NCBI GenBank assembly: GCA_951406725.2
Contig: OX597827.1
Coordinates: 64,418,001 to 64,482,000, forward strand
Length of the DNA stretch: 64,000 nt
Source: Octopus vulgaris
Lineage: Eukaryota
Reading direction: 5' to 3'
The position numbers and the translations under genes were made by a program. Below, in pieces: positions 62,224 to 64,000 of this stretch; position 1 is the stretch's first letter, and each line of letters begins with the position of its first letter. The notes under the pieces were generated by a model. It made no database searches and was not told the DNA's origin. It was given only the letters and a program-made list of their open reading frames with translations.

Positions 62224-62570
62224 TCCTATAATCTTACTTTGCACTCCTCCTTATAAAACCACTTAAAGTTACTCAACGACAAAATACCAGGAATTATTCA
62301 TTGAAAATATGCCAATGATTTCTGTTGACAAGGTTTTGCGATGAAGTTAATAATCCCATTAATTCGACGAACGTCATCAAATTGACACGATTATCGACTT
62401 AAATTGATGGAGGAACACACCTATGTTGTGGATGTAGAAAAGGTGGGTTTAACCAGTATACGAGAATACTGATCCTCTACGAGCAGTCGCTTCATGGAAA
62501 GTTTTTCCCGGTATTCAGCAGCTAGAGAACGTAGAGAAATAGGCTTTATCAATCCCATCCCTTGCAACAA

Positions 62571-62571
<1 letters not shown>

Positions 62572-62650
<79 letters not shown>

Positions 62651-62680
62651 GCACACACACACGCACACACACACACGCAC
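62572..62680 (+). repeat. (CA)n microsatellite
   Basis: About 38 perfect CA units followed by a degenerate tail. Confidence 0.96.
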
Positions 62681-62737
62681 ATTCGATTACTTATCTGTAG
62701 TTTTGTTTGTGTGTTTATGTGCATGTATTAGCGAATG

Positions 62738-63027
62738 TATACACACATACATACATACATACATACATACATACATGCATGCATGCATACATACATGCAT
62801 GCATACATACATACATACATACATACATGCATGCATACATACATACATACATACATACATACATACATACATACATACATACATGCATGCATGCATACAT
62901 ACATGCATGCATGCATACATACATACATACATACATGCATACATACATACATATATACATACATACATACATATTTACATACATATACAAATATACATAA
63001 ATAAATACGTACGTACATACATACATA
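62738..63027 (+). repeat. (TACA)n/(TGCA)n compound tetranucleotide microsatellite
   Basis: atac and atgc units in tandem. Confidence 0.95.
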
Positions 63028-63755
63028 GAGGGTGCGATGGGTAAATTGTCACTATTTGATATCTTTAATTTCGTCCATGCGCATTGTTTGTTTTTGACTT
63101 TGTCGACTACACAGTATAACAGGGTCAGTTGGGCACCGTCTGTGAGAAAAACAGCACCAGAAATTTGGAAACGACATTCTGTACTACTTGGCATTTGCAC
63201 CGGAAGCCCCAATACGAACATTTCACAGTGTTTGGGTGTCAATCTGAGGACAGTGCAATCTGAGGACATGTACTGATAGCAATAAAAAATCAAACATCCA
63301 GTCAACATCATGGTGTTTGGAGTGATCATTAGTGATGGTGAAGTTATGTCTCCATTCATCTTCCCACACGGCCTCAGACACAACACGGAGGCCTACATCA
63401 AGTGCCTGCAGGAGGTAGTGCTGCCCTGGGTCAAGAGAATGGCTGCTGGAAGCCACTATGTCTGGCAATAGGACTCTACACCATGCCACACGAGCCGGAG
63501 AACCCAGTCATAGCTGTCAGACAATTTCTGCGACCACGTCAGCCCTAACATTTGGCCACCTAACTCCCCAAACTGCAGCCCCCTTGATAATTATGTGCGG
63601 GCGCAATTGAGCAAGAGACCAACAAAACTCCTTGTAACACCAAAGAGGAACTGAAAGCAAGGCTTATGGTAGCATTCACCAACTTAAACAAGGAAGCCGT
63701 CCAGAAGAATTGCAGGAGATTCCGAAGTCTCTGTAGGCTGTGGTTGAAGCCAATG
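63028..63755 (+). mobile_element. Decayed, internally deleted Tc1/mariner transposon of the DD37D (maT) family
   Basis: It starts after TA with gagggtgcgatgggtaaattgtc (putative left TIR) and contains transposase remnants. No right TIR is visible before the microsatellite at about 63760. Confidence 0.85.
63150..63755 (+). pseudogene. DD37D transposase pseudogene
   Basis: An HTH-like segment (PEIWKRHSVLLG...ISQCLGVNLRTVQ) is followed by KHPVNIMVFGVIISDG...YIKCLQEVVLPW...YVWQ*DSTPCH...WPPNSPNCSPLDNY. The second and third catalytic Asp codons (63472, 63586) have 37 residues between them. There are in-frame stops at 63469 and 63511, frameshifts near 63600 and 63730, and the first catalytic Asp region is deleted. 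Confidence 0.88.
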
Positions 63756-63759
63756 CTCT

Positions 63760-63972
63760 CATGCTCACACATATATACACATATATACTTACATACATTA
63801 TGTGTACATATACACATACATTATATTTACATACAAATACACTCATGTATATATGTATGTATATATATATATATAGTAATATAATAAATAAATAAAATAT
63901 ATGCATATATACATACATATATGTACATACATCTACATGTATATATACATGCATACATATATATATATATGT
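63760..63972. repeat. Degenerate TA/CA microsatellite
   Basis: Low-complexity alternating purine-pyrimidine sequence. Confidence 0.88.
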
Positions 63973-64000
63973 GAGTACAGGACACCACAAATAAACGTAG

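Noticed and set aside
58131-63990. YI/CV/HT-rich ORFs
   Set aside because: They are translations of TA, CA and TACA microsatellites.
63968-64000. Start of another interspersed repeat (gtgagtacaggacaccac...)
   Set aside because: Only about 30 bp lie in the window, too little to classify.

Overview
This is eukaryotic, non-genic DNA, most likely from an Octopus-like cephalopod (inferred from the SINE at 60.6-61.0 kb and the dense microsatellites). Positions 1-58.3 kb form one compound satellite domain built from five repeat families: an AT-only 13-mer (TAGATTCTATTTA), a 10-mer (GGTTTGAACC), a second 13-mer (TGTTTGATGAAAA), a 12-13-bp A-tract repeat (TTTTGACCAAAA), and a 42-kb array of roughly 730 copies of a 58-bp C/T-rich monomer. 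Every family is built around a quasi-palindrome. The short families flip strand repeatedly, and the families are joined through microhomologies and one conserved linker. The 58-mer carries a conserved 17-bp palindromic core that overlaps a perfect TEAD (MCAT) motif and a near-perfect heat-shock element, and the array shows nested higher-order duplications of about 1.9, 2.15, 1.2 and 5.3 kb. After 58.3 kb the sequence is ordinary repeat-rich DNA: microsatellites, three tRNA-derived SINE copies, a probable non-autonomous Helitron and a decayed DD37D (maT) Tc1/mariner transposase. No intact protein-coding gene is supported, and the long ORFs in the track are by-products of the repeats. All coordinates and counts were read by eye, and assembly artefacts inside the arrays cannot be excluded.
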